Shown: one piece after another, positions 12,091 through 24,300 of the stretch | Position numbering within the stretch: position 1 is the first letter of the stretch | Layout of the letters: each line of letters starts with the position of its first letter | Translations under genes and position numbers: made by a program | NCBI RefSeq assembly: GCF_964355755.1 | Contig: NC_092670.1 | Coordinates: 19,392,795 to 19,456,794 of the forward strand | From: Antedon mediterranea | Lineage: Eukaryota > Animalia > Echinodermata | Direction of reading: 5' to 3' | Length of the DNA stretch: 64,000 nucleotides | The notes under the pieces: model-generated | What the model was told of the DNA's origin: nothing | The model's input: the letters and a program-made list of their open reading frames with translations, nothing else | Database searches by the model: none

Positions 12091-12553
12091 GTATTCTTTA
12101 TTCTTATTAATTGTACTAAATTATTAAAAGAAACGGTAGTAAGCATAACATTTCCCCACTCCTACATTAGCATGGTAGGACATTGTAATGGTCGCAGGTG
12201 GCTCAACTTTATTACTGCAATGGGATGGACATGGTCCTACTGCCACCTTACCATCCAATAGGATTCCAGTAAATTTCCTTTACTACCAATCATAATTCAG
12301 TAATTAAATTACCCCTTAAGTTAACAAGGAAATCAGCCTATCCCATTATACCGGTAGGCTTCGTCGTACAGGCGTACTGCGGTAATAGTTGAGAATTCTC
12401 AACTAGCCAATTTGGTATATTTTATATACCTGATAAAAGAGGAGCATCACCAACACATCATACATACAACTGATACAGCGCCCTCTTTGATCATGTCATA
12501 AAAACCGAAAGAGCGTTGTTTACAATTTTTACGAAGCTAAGCATTTCTGAAAC

Positions 12554-14774
12554 ATGTAAGTCAATCCTTTTTTATCGTATAAATCATTAAATTAATTTTC
12601 ATATTTACATTAGAAATTAGTTTAATTGATATTTCTATTTTTTATTATATGAACTTGTTTAAAAATTTCATTGCACATAGTGTTTATTAGACTCTGATTT
12701 ACCGGCAGCATCGTAATACGAACGAATGCGTTCCGAGCTGGTGTAGTCGACGCTAGGCCTTAAAGTATCTACCTAACAGGCCTAGCTAATAAAATTTATT
12801 AAATAGCAAGGTCAATATCGTATATCTTATGAGGCAATCATAACATACTATAGAAGAACTACTTGGAAACTTTCAGGCCTACAGCCTAGACAGTTGACGG
12901 TCTTTTTTGCCTATTTGTTTATGAATGATACTAGCCTAGGCCTATAATAGTTTGAATTTGAGCAAAAAAAATTAATCATACTTTTTAATACTGCATTCAA
13001 TCTTAATCTGACTATCACTAAATTTTAAAGGGCAGGAAGCAGAAGTCGTAGTAGGAGTCGAAGTAGGAAGGATTCCGCTAAAAAGGAGAGAGCAAGAGAC
13101 AAGAAACGTAGAAGTATTAGTGCCTCATCCAGTAGCAGCAGGTAAGTGTGCACAAAGTGCGCTTATTCAGTTTTTTTTAGCATAATAGAAATAGTATTTT
13201 CTTAAATCATTGTATAATTTACAACATTATTGACATTTTCTTTTAGTTCTGGAAGCAGCAGTCGATCAAGCTCATCTGGTTCGTCGAGCAGCTCTGGCAG
13301 CTCCAGAAGTTCTGGTAGTTCACATTCCAGAAGCTCCTCCAGTTCATCTCGATCTAGTAGCAGTGGAAGTTCCAGTAGTTCTCATAGCAAAGATCCAACA
13401 AAGAAAAAGGCCTCAAAGTTAGTATCACTATTGAACAGCTAGAAATTGTGCTCTTGCCTGTATTTATTTATATATTTATTGCCTGTATTGTGACTGGGCT
13501 TTAGACACCTGTTTTTTTTTTTGGTGACCGAATATACAAGGTTCTGCACAGTATAGGATCATGATGATGTGTTCAACAAGTATGCTGTAAAGATAGACAG
13601 AAGATGCACCATTTTTAAGGTGTAAAATTACACCAAATTATATACATTTTTAACAATTAAAACATTTCGTTTTAGATCAAGGTCCAAGTCACCAAAAAGA
13701 CGTAAAAGAACACCATCCCCGAAACCGACTCGCATCCACGTCGGCCGTCTCACTAGAAATGTTAACCGAGATCATCTTCTTGAAATATTCTCAATGTATG
13801 GTGCCGTAAAGAGTGTGGAATTGCCTCCAGATAGACGCCATGGCACATTTGGAAAAGGTTTTGGATATGTTGATTTTGAGAATGGACAGGATGCAGAAAA
13901 AGCCATGAAACATATGGATGGAGGTAGGATAGAATTTGTATAATGTTACAGAAACAAGACTAGACTATCACTATGGAAAAATATGGAAATATAGAACAAC
14001 CAGCAGTGGTGTAGCACATGGGGCAAAGCACTAAGGGTCCCTCTAACGCTGGGTAGTTGTATTGAGGCTGTTCATGCACTAAGGCCCCTGGGTTTAGCCA
14101 GTAAGCTCTCATAGCTGTTACGCCACTGACAACCAGCATCATTAAAATATTAATTATAGTAGTTATTAAATAGAATATTTTAAAGAATAACATAAATACG
14201 ACAAATCATAATCTTTATGTTCAGGCCAAATTGATGGACAAGAAGTGACCGCTGCATTTGTGCTACAGCCCAGACCAAGACCACCAATGCAAAGGAGGAG
14301 TCCACCAAGACGATTCCAGCAACCAAGAAGAAGATGGTCACCACCAAGGAGAAGAAGGTAATACAATAAATTATTAATTCGTATACTAATGTAATTAGAA
14401 TGTCCACAGCAACATATTAAACAAACTGTGATCTTTTACACTAAGCAAGTGCGTCTATGGTTTTAGAATAAGAGTTTTGAATAGTGAAAATTATGTTGTT
14501 AGGGGTGTACTACGAACTATCTGTTACGATCTTCAAATCTGTTTTAGTGCGATTTTCTGTTTTGTATTGTTGTATATATGGAATATTTATTCTGAAATAA
14601 AGTGATCGATCAATCTATAGTAAAATAAATATGCTATCAATTTTGTTTATTATTTTATCTAATAGGTCACCACCTAAACGCAGATCACCACGTAGAAGAT
14701 CAAGGTCACGTTCAAGGTCACCAGCAAACCGAAGGCGGCGTTACAGTAGATCTAGCTCAAGTTCATCTCGTTAA
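12554..14774 (+). CDS. RNPS1: RNA-binding protein with serine-rich domain 1 (EJC/ASAP complex); 6 coding exons
   Basis: Exons 12554-12555 (AT), 13031-13141, 13247-13417, 13676-13923, 14225-14357, 14666-14774, with consistent phases. Ser-rich N-terminus; RRM PSPKPTRIHVGRLTRNVNRDHLLEIFSMYG...KGFGYVDFENGQDAEKAMKHMDGGQIDGQEV; RS/RP C-terminus ending SRSSSSSSR*, matching the RNPS1 signature. Confidence 0.95.
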
Positions 14775-15507
14775 TTTTTTTTTAAATGTTTTTTCAAATC
14801 ATCATTGGTACAATAATATCAGTGAGTTTTAAATGTTATTTTCTTTGTGATGTTGGGACAAAAAGTGGTGTCTATTTGGAACAATAAAGACACCTCTAAG
14901 GTTGAGTGAATGAAGCTATAACAAATTTGACTAAATCACTATAAAAGCAAATCCTACAAAAGAACAATATACTTGGACACTGTATTACTACACAGAAGAT
15001 ACTAGTGCTTTTTTTCGTATCTAGCAAGGCATGTAGACCTGTTGTTTCTATGTCAAATGTTAATTGTAGATACCGGATATGTAAATAAATTGTTAAAAAT
15101 AATGTTGGCATAGTAACAGTATATAAATATTACTGCTGTATGTAATCCAAGATTTATTACTTTATGTTTTCAACAAACAAAATTGAATGGCAATGTGTAG
15201 ATGTTAGTAGTACAAATGGAACGTTATTACAACATATTTAAATTCATGTGCTCCCTAAAACGTGTCATTTAAGCAAGACATTTGTATTAATTAATTCTCA
15301 CTACGTCTTGGTCGATTTTAAAACGTGAAGGCAAACGTATCATTAATTTATAATGTGCAGTAAAAAATGGTGTGAAAAGTAGTGTTTTAATCCGTTTTTA
15401 GTATTAAACTTTTTTTATTGGAAAAACAAATGGGTTTTTGACTTGATATGTTTGCTAATATTAATTTACCATGCACTTTTAGTCTAGGAAAAAAATGAAT
15501 TAGGGGG

Positions 15508-15680
15508 AATGGAATGGTAGAAGCAGTCAACATACTGTTATCCTAATTAATCTCTTCTGCCTTTTTTCAAAATGGCGACCATTTCAAAACAAGGCAAAAA
15601 ATTAAGGGCTTATTAGATTGATCAGAAGGGATTACTTAGGATATCTGGCTATGTTGACTGCAACAACTAACATTCCACTC
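15508..15680. mobile_element. Small inverted-repeat element (MITE-like)
   Basis: GGAATGGTAGAAGCAGTCAACATA ... TATGTTGACTGCAACAACTAACATTCC imperfect inverted arms. Confidence 0.45.
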
Positions 15681-18327
15681 CCCTAACTTGCTTTCTAGGC
15701 ATCTTTTCAGATTTTTTTTTTCTAGACTATTTAAACCGTGTAATGCATTACAAAATTTCAGATTAGTTTAAAAATGTGTAATTAAATTGTGTACAAAATG
15801 AAAACAAAACACCACTGTTTATTCTTTGTGCAACCTTTTTATTACATATACAACGAATAGAACATTATGGTAGAAGTGGTGGAGGTGAAACAAAATAGGG
15901 AGTATCAACACAAATAGAGGTTTAAACATCTATATAAAACATTTTCTGTAATATATTTCTGATGATCATACTAGAATAATCAATTTAATTGCCTGAATAT
16001 TACCATATGTTACAACATAGACAATATCATTTAGCATCATATAAACATGTGATATGCCAAAGGTATCACTGTATAAAGTCATTATATATCAATTGTCTTA
16101 GTATATACTGTACTACTACTATTTAGACAAAATAACTATGGTGTTGACAATGATAAGCGGCAGTTAACAAATTGCTATCATCTTCTCCTAGGACATAATA
16201 TTTAGAAGCCCCTTTCACACACGCACATAATTGGACAAATTTCTTTGCACTTTTATGATTGGTCGTGGAGAAGAATATTAATTTTCTTTAAAGCAATCTA
16301 TTAACACTTAGTATAGCATCATTACAATCCATACAACTAAAAAAAGGTGTGTTGTCACGGCTACAGAACTCATTTACAGACAGTACATATAAAAACACAA
16401 CAACTGTTTTTATTTTGGAATTTTTAGAATGGTATAACATAACTAAAAAAATGATATTAGTATAATTAGAACATAGCCATAAAGAAGAAATGATTTCAGA
16501 TGTTCCGCTCTGGCAGCCAAAACATGGATTTGCAAAACAAGGAAGGCCAGCACTCGCATACATTGATGTTCTGGAGACAGATACTGGTATACAGAGAGAG
16601 GAACTGGCTTTCACAACGCCAGATGGGAAATTATAGAGGAATCTAGTCATATAAATTTGGGTATGTCCCAGACTAAGTACAGTACATAGCCAGTAAATAA
16701 CCAAATAAATGTTAATAAAATGTTTATGGCTGCTTAGAGAGTGGCACACACCCACACCTATCCGTATCATTTATTGTTTATCTGATTGGATATAAGTCGT
16801 GCTATTCTATAATAGTAGGTGGATATGTAGTCATTATTACATGCCATACATACAGCACAGATTTTGGTATAGCATATTTAATTATTTACAGTTATAATAG
16901 CTACAATAAAAACAGTCTTGTGTAAAAGAGGCTTCCAAAAACATAAACAGCCAAAAATTATAATAATGAATAAAATATAGATTTTCAAATATAATTTCTT
17001 TTATATAATTATCATCATTATATGATTATTGCACATATATGGGCATGCTTTTAGTTTTAATATAGAAAGAATAAAATAATTTGCATATATATAATTCAAT
17101 CATTACATATAAATACATAAAGTACTAAATTTACTTAATAAAAAGTGCAAAAAATTCAAACATAAAAATAACAATTGAAAAGTGTAGATGGAAATTGTTT
17201 GGTGCATAAAACGAAAGATAATATTTAACAATAAAAAAAGAAGCACATTGTCAAAAAATCATCAATAAATGGAATTATATGAAAACGGAGTCCTGAGAGC
17301 ATTTTAAAAACAGAGCATAAAGGCAAAATATTCATTATTCTATAAAAGGCAAACTCATTGCATTTTTATTGCCAGTACTACGCATTATTTACGAATATGT
17401 TACCGACTAAAACAAACTCTAAGATCAGGCCTTGTCTTTTAAGGCAAGCGAGTGCGAATACTCGCCTAACACACTCCTAAACTGCCCTTGAGGAGTGCGA
17501 ATTACAATGCGCTTAAATTTGGTAAACTTCTACACACCAAAATAAAAACAGCACACCTATAATTGTCAAAAGACAAGGCCTGTAAGATGTGCTATTTATT
17601 CTCTGTGTATTGCGCAATAAGTATACTAATTTGGTCAGCGAGTAATGTACAAATTTAAATGCTGCATAGGGTGTAAACTGGTTACGCGAAAGCTTTCTTC
17701 CGGCCAATACATACAGCAACTATGCAAACACACCTTACGCGTTAATCTATGGTTTTATTTTCGATGCAGTGTCACATGACGGGTAGATAAAAGGAGCTAA
17801 AGTCTTGGAGGATATATACAGTATACATATATACTTCATTATAAAAATAACAAGTTACTTACTTAGTTATTGGAATTAGTTGAAATTTAACCAGCTATTA
17901 CCAATTAATAGATAATGTAATAAATAATATTCCATGTAATGTAATCCATGAAAAGTATCATGTAAATTTAACCTGTAAAATATATACCACTGCCCTTACA
18001 GATACATATGACCTAACTCGGCATACTATACTCAATGTTAAACACCCAGTGATACCAACTGAAATAAATATTAATATATAAATGAACGATTAAAATGACA
18101 CTTAAATGCTTTTATGGATTGGATATTTGATTATGTAAAAAAAAAAGGTACATTACACAATAAATTGATTACTTTGGTCAAAAAATAATCTTATAAAAAC
18201 AAAATTCTCTTGCAAAAGCTAACATCAAGGATTAAAATTTGATCCACACAGAATTATTGTCTGCTCTTTCTGGAATGTCATCACATGACTGCAGCAGCCA
18301 ATCAGAAATACTAAATTTACTAACCAA

Positions 18328-21300
18328 TCAAAACCGGTTGGATTCTATCTCGCCTTGCATGATGGGAATGACAAGATCATCCATGTTCGGAAGCACAAAT
18401 ATTTTCTGAAATAAAGAGTATTGATTGTGGAATTAAAATGGTTTTAAGTAAATTATGGAGTGAGTGCAGAATCTATTTGTTCGTAAGCTTATTCTCACTC
18501 CATCAGTGACCAAATAAATATTATTATCATTATTATAAAAAAAATGCCACGTTCAAATAACATTGCTTTCACTGACCTGAAATTCTAACTCTAACTTTTT
18601 CTCGATAAACTCTGTAATGTGTGTTATGGTTACTTGGCGTTCTCCCAATTTTGGTTTGGCAGACAACCATAGTTTGGGTTTTCCTCGAAATCCATACCTG
18701 CAAAAACAAGTTTTTATATTACATCAAATTACATAATTGATTATTTTGTTTAATTTAGGCCTATGTACCTAAAAACTATTAAATGGGATCACTACTGGAG
18801 ACAGTGACTACTCAGATAGTGAACATTTAAGGACAGTTTGAGAACTCACCACAACAACAAAATGTCACCCTTCACATAATATATATTATATGATGGCTTT
18901 TAACTTAGTTCCCACTTGGAAGACACTGCAAGTAATTTGACCAATCACGATGCAGAGATCATCTGAACTGCCGCTTGTGATTGGTCAACTCACTTGCATT
19001 GTGCCTATGTCGTTGCACTTAAAAGTGCAATCATCTTACATCAACTTACCATAGCCTATTTGTTGGTGGTGGCGGTATGTTAAGAGCTAACTTTCCGTGT
19101 AAATTCTTCACCTCAACTCGGAGCAAGATAGGAGTACTGGAGACTTCATCAAATGCTTTTTTTACGTACTTGTATTGTGTAGCATTCTGAAAATACTTAG
19201 AGCTGGCAATCTTGTTCACGAATCTTAATATTTTACTTGAATTTTTTATTCCACTATGAAACAACAAAAAAAAAGAGGAAAATACATAGATATGTTTAGT
19301 ATGTACCAATGCTTAAAAAACCTAATGTGCAAAACAACCTTAGCCTATTAAGCTCTGTGTACACTATAAAAAAAAATGTGATGTGCACAAACATGGTAGT
19401 GATATGCCCAAATATGGTACTGATATGACATCACCGTGTCCATATATGGGCACATCACATTTGATAGTGTAGACAGAGCCTAAGAATGAATGAGATGTTA
19501 TTACCAGTTTTTGGAAAAACAAAATATCAGGGGAAAGTGTGGTCAACCCGTTGAGGCCGCAATAATGTTTTAAAGAAAGCCTTTTACTAAAACATCGAAG
19601 CATTACCATCAACCACCAATGGGTATGCCATACCAGGTTGTGTGTGTGGCATATACAGCATGTTGATGTTCATTTAATATGTGTTTTGTTAACTTAAGGC
19701 CAATTTACACCTGGACAAGTGATAATGGTAAGCATAAAACTGCGGAGCTTGTCCCACGCAGAATATTTATCTATCTTGAACGGAAACCGCCCATCGGTAA
19801 ATTTACAATGGTGTGTAAATGGTCATAAGGAATAACATAGATTCTAAATTTGTATTATCATTACCACTCGTATGTGTAAATTGGCCTATATAGTTGAACA
19901 TATTTTACATATACCTGTCTGCCTCCTGACTGCTGCTGCCACCATCAGCCATTGATTGATTCTCATCCTCATCATCATCTGAAGATTCCGCACTGTCCTC
20001 CTCATCACTGTTCAGTGCTGCTGTGTTTTGCCTAATGAAATAAAGTAACCAATGTTTATATAAATGGAGCAAAGAAGTAGGCTTAATCTGGATAGACTAC
20101 GCTTGTAAATATAGTTGAAATAAATGAAATAACATTTTTTTCTTCCCCTTACTTTCTCCCAAAAAAACCTCTTTGGCATCCCCAAAATAATTTGTGTGAA
20201 TTTAAGTGTTTGTGCTTGTGAAATTATTCATTTGAATCTCCATCTTCTTTAACCAAGCATGTTAACTAAAAAATCCAACTCTATATCATATCCATAAATA
20301 GAAGTATGATAAACAACATATCTGAGTCTTCAGTTACTTAGCATCAAACACATAAAAATATATATATCCTTAAACATTATTGGCATTTGTTCAAGTTACA
20401 ATCCATAAACTAAGAATGGTATAATAAAATAAAGAAAGGTATCAGAAATATCAGAAAATAGAAGTATTAACCAACAGAACAGATAATTAATTAGCAACAT
20501 GAACGATCCAACATTCTATTTGGCAGATTTTCTGCATGAATCATTGTAATTATTAGAACAGATTTATTTTATTTGCCAGCACAACAAAACATAATGTCCA
20601 AAACATGTAGCAATGACATAAAATGGAACAAACTCAAGCTATGGAAATTTAATTTTAGCACAGTGTCATGTGATGGTAAAAAGCCTGATATGCTTAAGCC
20701 TCAAGGATGTATTTCTTCATGTTTTAAAGCTAGAAAACCATTAGAGTCATAACAAAAGGAAGCATGAAATATAAGTCAATGATTAATAATGATTGTTAAC
20801 ATCATACTTAGCACTAGTTGTTTGTTATTGAGACCACCAGAGATATATCTCTTATTGTATGTAGTTCAGAAAGTTAATATAAACAGGTACAACAAAATAC
20901 ACAAATGCAAAACAAATTGAATATAATGACTTATCACATGATGGGAATCAAACGATGGAATTGAAGAAATATTGATACTTTACATAAGGAGGAAATTAAA
21001 TGGAACATGGAAACGTTGATCATTTTATGCTATACCTTATTAGGCAAACTAGTTTGACCAAAAAGTATGATGTGCCCATGAAATCACAAGTATCCATATA
21101 TGGGCACATCACTTTTGTTGTCACAAAAAGTTTAATAGTGTAGACAGAGCTTAACACACACCAATCTTGTTTGTATTTTGAAGAACGAACCAAATTTTAA
21201 TCATGTTAAATTTTAACCTCATTTTTATGTGAATTTATAACTTTGAACAAGCAAAAATAAATTCAAAGCATGTACTCTAACTGTATTTTATTGTTTGACC

Positions 21301-24300
21301 ATAAATAAATAAAATAATGAAATGTATTGCGACTTAACGCTATTATGGAATGCAACAACTTTCCTTTAATTGAAATCCAAAAAATGTATATGATCCATAT
21401 GAAATATATTGCAACCTAACGCTATTTATGGAATGCAACAACAGAAGAATGTTAATTGATATCCACTGAAAATTATATGATCCATAATGAAATGTATTGC
21501 GATTTAACACTATTTATGGAATGCAAAAACCTTCTTTAAACAGCAGAATGTTTTTAATTGAAAAATATATGGAAAAAATATGAATCCTAAATGGTAAAGT
21601 AAAAATTTTTAATACAAGACAATTTATGATTTTATGGTTTTAAAAAATAAACATATTCTACAGATGTTTATAATCGTAGTAAAAATTAGAAATATATATT
21701 ATAATAGCAAGATTATGCGAAACACATTTTTTTTCATAATTTATATTTGAATGTAAAAATGATCCATGTTGAAACATTCAAAAAGATCAAAGAATATATT
21801 TATAAATGGAAATCACTGTGTATAAGAAAAAGTACAGTACTGTATGGAGGAATAACTAATGGCCACTGTAAAGTGTAAATTGATGAGAAATAAATGAAAC
21901 TGTAGTAGTTGTTGGCGCTTCTATAAATGATTTCATGAATTTATATTTATACCTGTCATCATCAAAATTATATTGGGTATTATCATCCTTGTCCACATTT
22001 CTGAAGAATTTAAATAAAAATGGTATCAAATAACAAGTTTATTTAAAGAACAAATTGATATTTAATATGTTTGTTGGAAAATGGTAAAGGTAATTATCAA
22101 GCTCTAATAAAACAGGAAAATGGTATGATGTTTTACATCTCAATGGTTTCACTTTCACAGTATATACAATGCTTTACTAGAGGAAACATATGCATACCCA
22201 GAAATTTAAAAAAGTGAGGGTGGAGGGAAGAGGTATAAAACGAATATGTACAAATAATAACAATAATATGTACATTATAACTATGAAAAAAATGACTTGA
22301 TTATATTTTTACTGCATAATAAAAATAATTTAACATTATAGGGAAGAAAGTAAGGGGTGGATGATGTCCCTCCCTCTAAAACCTTCCACTGCTTCAGTAC
22401 AATACTGTACATCCTCTTAACATGAAATGATTTGATGTGCTTTGAATTAAAGCGATATTTGTCTATACTTGTACCCCATTACAAAAATGGAATAATCTAA
22501 AACCTGCAATACAGAAAACACATGATTGTATTGTACATAGGAATATTTTGGTTTGTTGTTTGTCACAGTGAAATGTTTCAATGATTCGGTTCTACCTGTC
22601 ATCATCCTTATTAACTTTTTTCTTGTCAGAAGTTCTACAGAATTTGTTAGAAAGAACACAAATTAAGACTTAATAAAAATTAAAATCAAAACTGATTGCG
22701 GAAAAGTAAGCAATAATGAAAGTAAAATGTATGTAATTAAGTTCTCATAATACAGGATCCTATAGGTCATGTGATTTGGCTTTGCACATAATAAACAACC
22801 GTTTCCTGTCATCCTGTTGAATCGTGACTTGTATAACTAACATCAGATAATAATCAGCCACTATTAAATTTTATTATGTTTATAATTGCATTTAAGATTA
22901 AAATCATGATACGATAACTCCATGATAAACTCAGGATTGAAATGATGGAACTTCAAGTTACAGATGCATATATTTATAATGTGCTTATTAATATTATACA
23001 CTAAAGTAACACAGATGACATAAAACAATTTCATCTTCTAAGGATCTGCCTACACTATCAAACTTTATGTGACAAAAAAAATGTGATGTGCCCATATATG
23101 GACATGATGATATCATATATAAACTACCAAATTTGGGCACATCACACATTTTTTGTCAAACTATTTTGATAGTGTAGATAGAGCTTTAGGTCAACAAATG
23201 GCGCGCTTGTCCACAACTGACTGAGATGAACCAGTAACCCTGGGGTAACACCGGAGTAACATTGGAATAACACCGGAGTAACACCCTCCCACAGCCTGCT
23301 CTTCCGGAAGACTTATTGTTCTACCATCAGAATTATGTACAGTTGGTCGAGGAGAACCTTGAACCTGTGTCAATCGTATTGAAAACATGATTAATTCCAA
23401 TACATCACACAATAAATTATGTATGAAAAATGTTGATACATTTTTCACCCCATCCACATTTTACCCCAAGATCCTCTGTGGGGAGAGATTGAACAGCACA
23501 GTAATTAAACCACTCACCGCTCTCTTTTCTGGCTCATTTTGCGCATACCGGGTGAAATCTCCTCCAATTCTCGTTCTAATGACGCTCCTTTCTTCAGTCG
23601 CCATAGATTGACTTTAGTCTCAAGTGTCATGCAACATGAACCACTATATGCAATATCCAAGTCCACCCAAATCCCTTTTTCGTCGATATGGGGGCGCGAC
23701 ATTCGACGTAATAGCGGACTGTTCAACCCAAGGTCAATATCTGTAATGGTCAGTTCATCTATGAAACTTGGAACCTGGAAAAAATAAGATAAAGAAAATG
23801 TATATTACAATATTTTGATTAGTCCATTATGTTGACGTGGTGTTCAAGGAAATGTCATCATCTCTAGCAAGAGCTATTGTCAGTTTATCTGAGTAAGTGA
23901 GGCACAAATATAGCATACATTTTTAACAAAGTGAAAAATAATAATTACCCTGATTTTACTAAGCTTTTTCTGCAGTTTATTCTTCACCCAGTCTTTAGAA
24001 TATTCTTCGCGAAGAAAATCCCAGAAGAAACGGCCTAAAAGTGCATTGACCCATGACACCGGAGACTCGGTTAAACCACTGTCAGGACTGACTTTATTTG
24101 CTGAAGCATTCATGCGTGAAGATGAACCATACGTAACGCCGCCGGATGTCACATTCACTGATTGAGGTGTGCTTTCTTTCTCCTTTGGTAAAATTTTAGA
24201 AATGTAGCGGTAAAAATCCATGGCGCCTTTCTGACTTGCTAAATCTTCGGGTTCTAATCGTGATAGGTGTTTAGTACCGTCCTCTTTTATGTATTCACTC

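Larger units (their letters stand above)
4977..12415. mobile_element. Foldback-like non-autonomous element (~7.4 kb) with 32-bp TIRs and inverted internal satellite arrays
   Basis: Left end TATA|CCATCCTGGCTAGTTGAGAATTCTCAACTATT; the right end read on the minus strand is TATA|CCAAATTGGCTAGTTGAGAATTCTCAACTATT (29/32 identical). The 106-bp arrays at 5335-7110 and 9175-12090 are mutually inverted. No transposase ORF. Confidence 0.8.

Noticed and set aside
16288-16770. 160-aa ORF
   Set aside because: No recognisable motif or splice structure; lies in the probable TEX2 3' UTR and overlaps a repeat-like stretch.
23191-23457. 88-aa minus-strand ORF as a TEX2 exon
   Set aside because: The acceptor at ~23365 gives this frame only in phase 0, whereas the upstream exon ends in phase 2; no convincing donor; it includes short tandem repeats.
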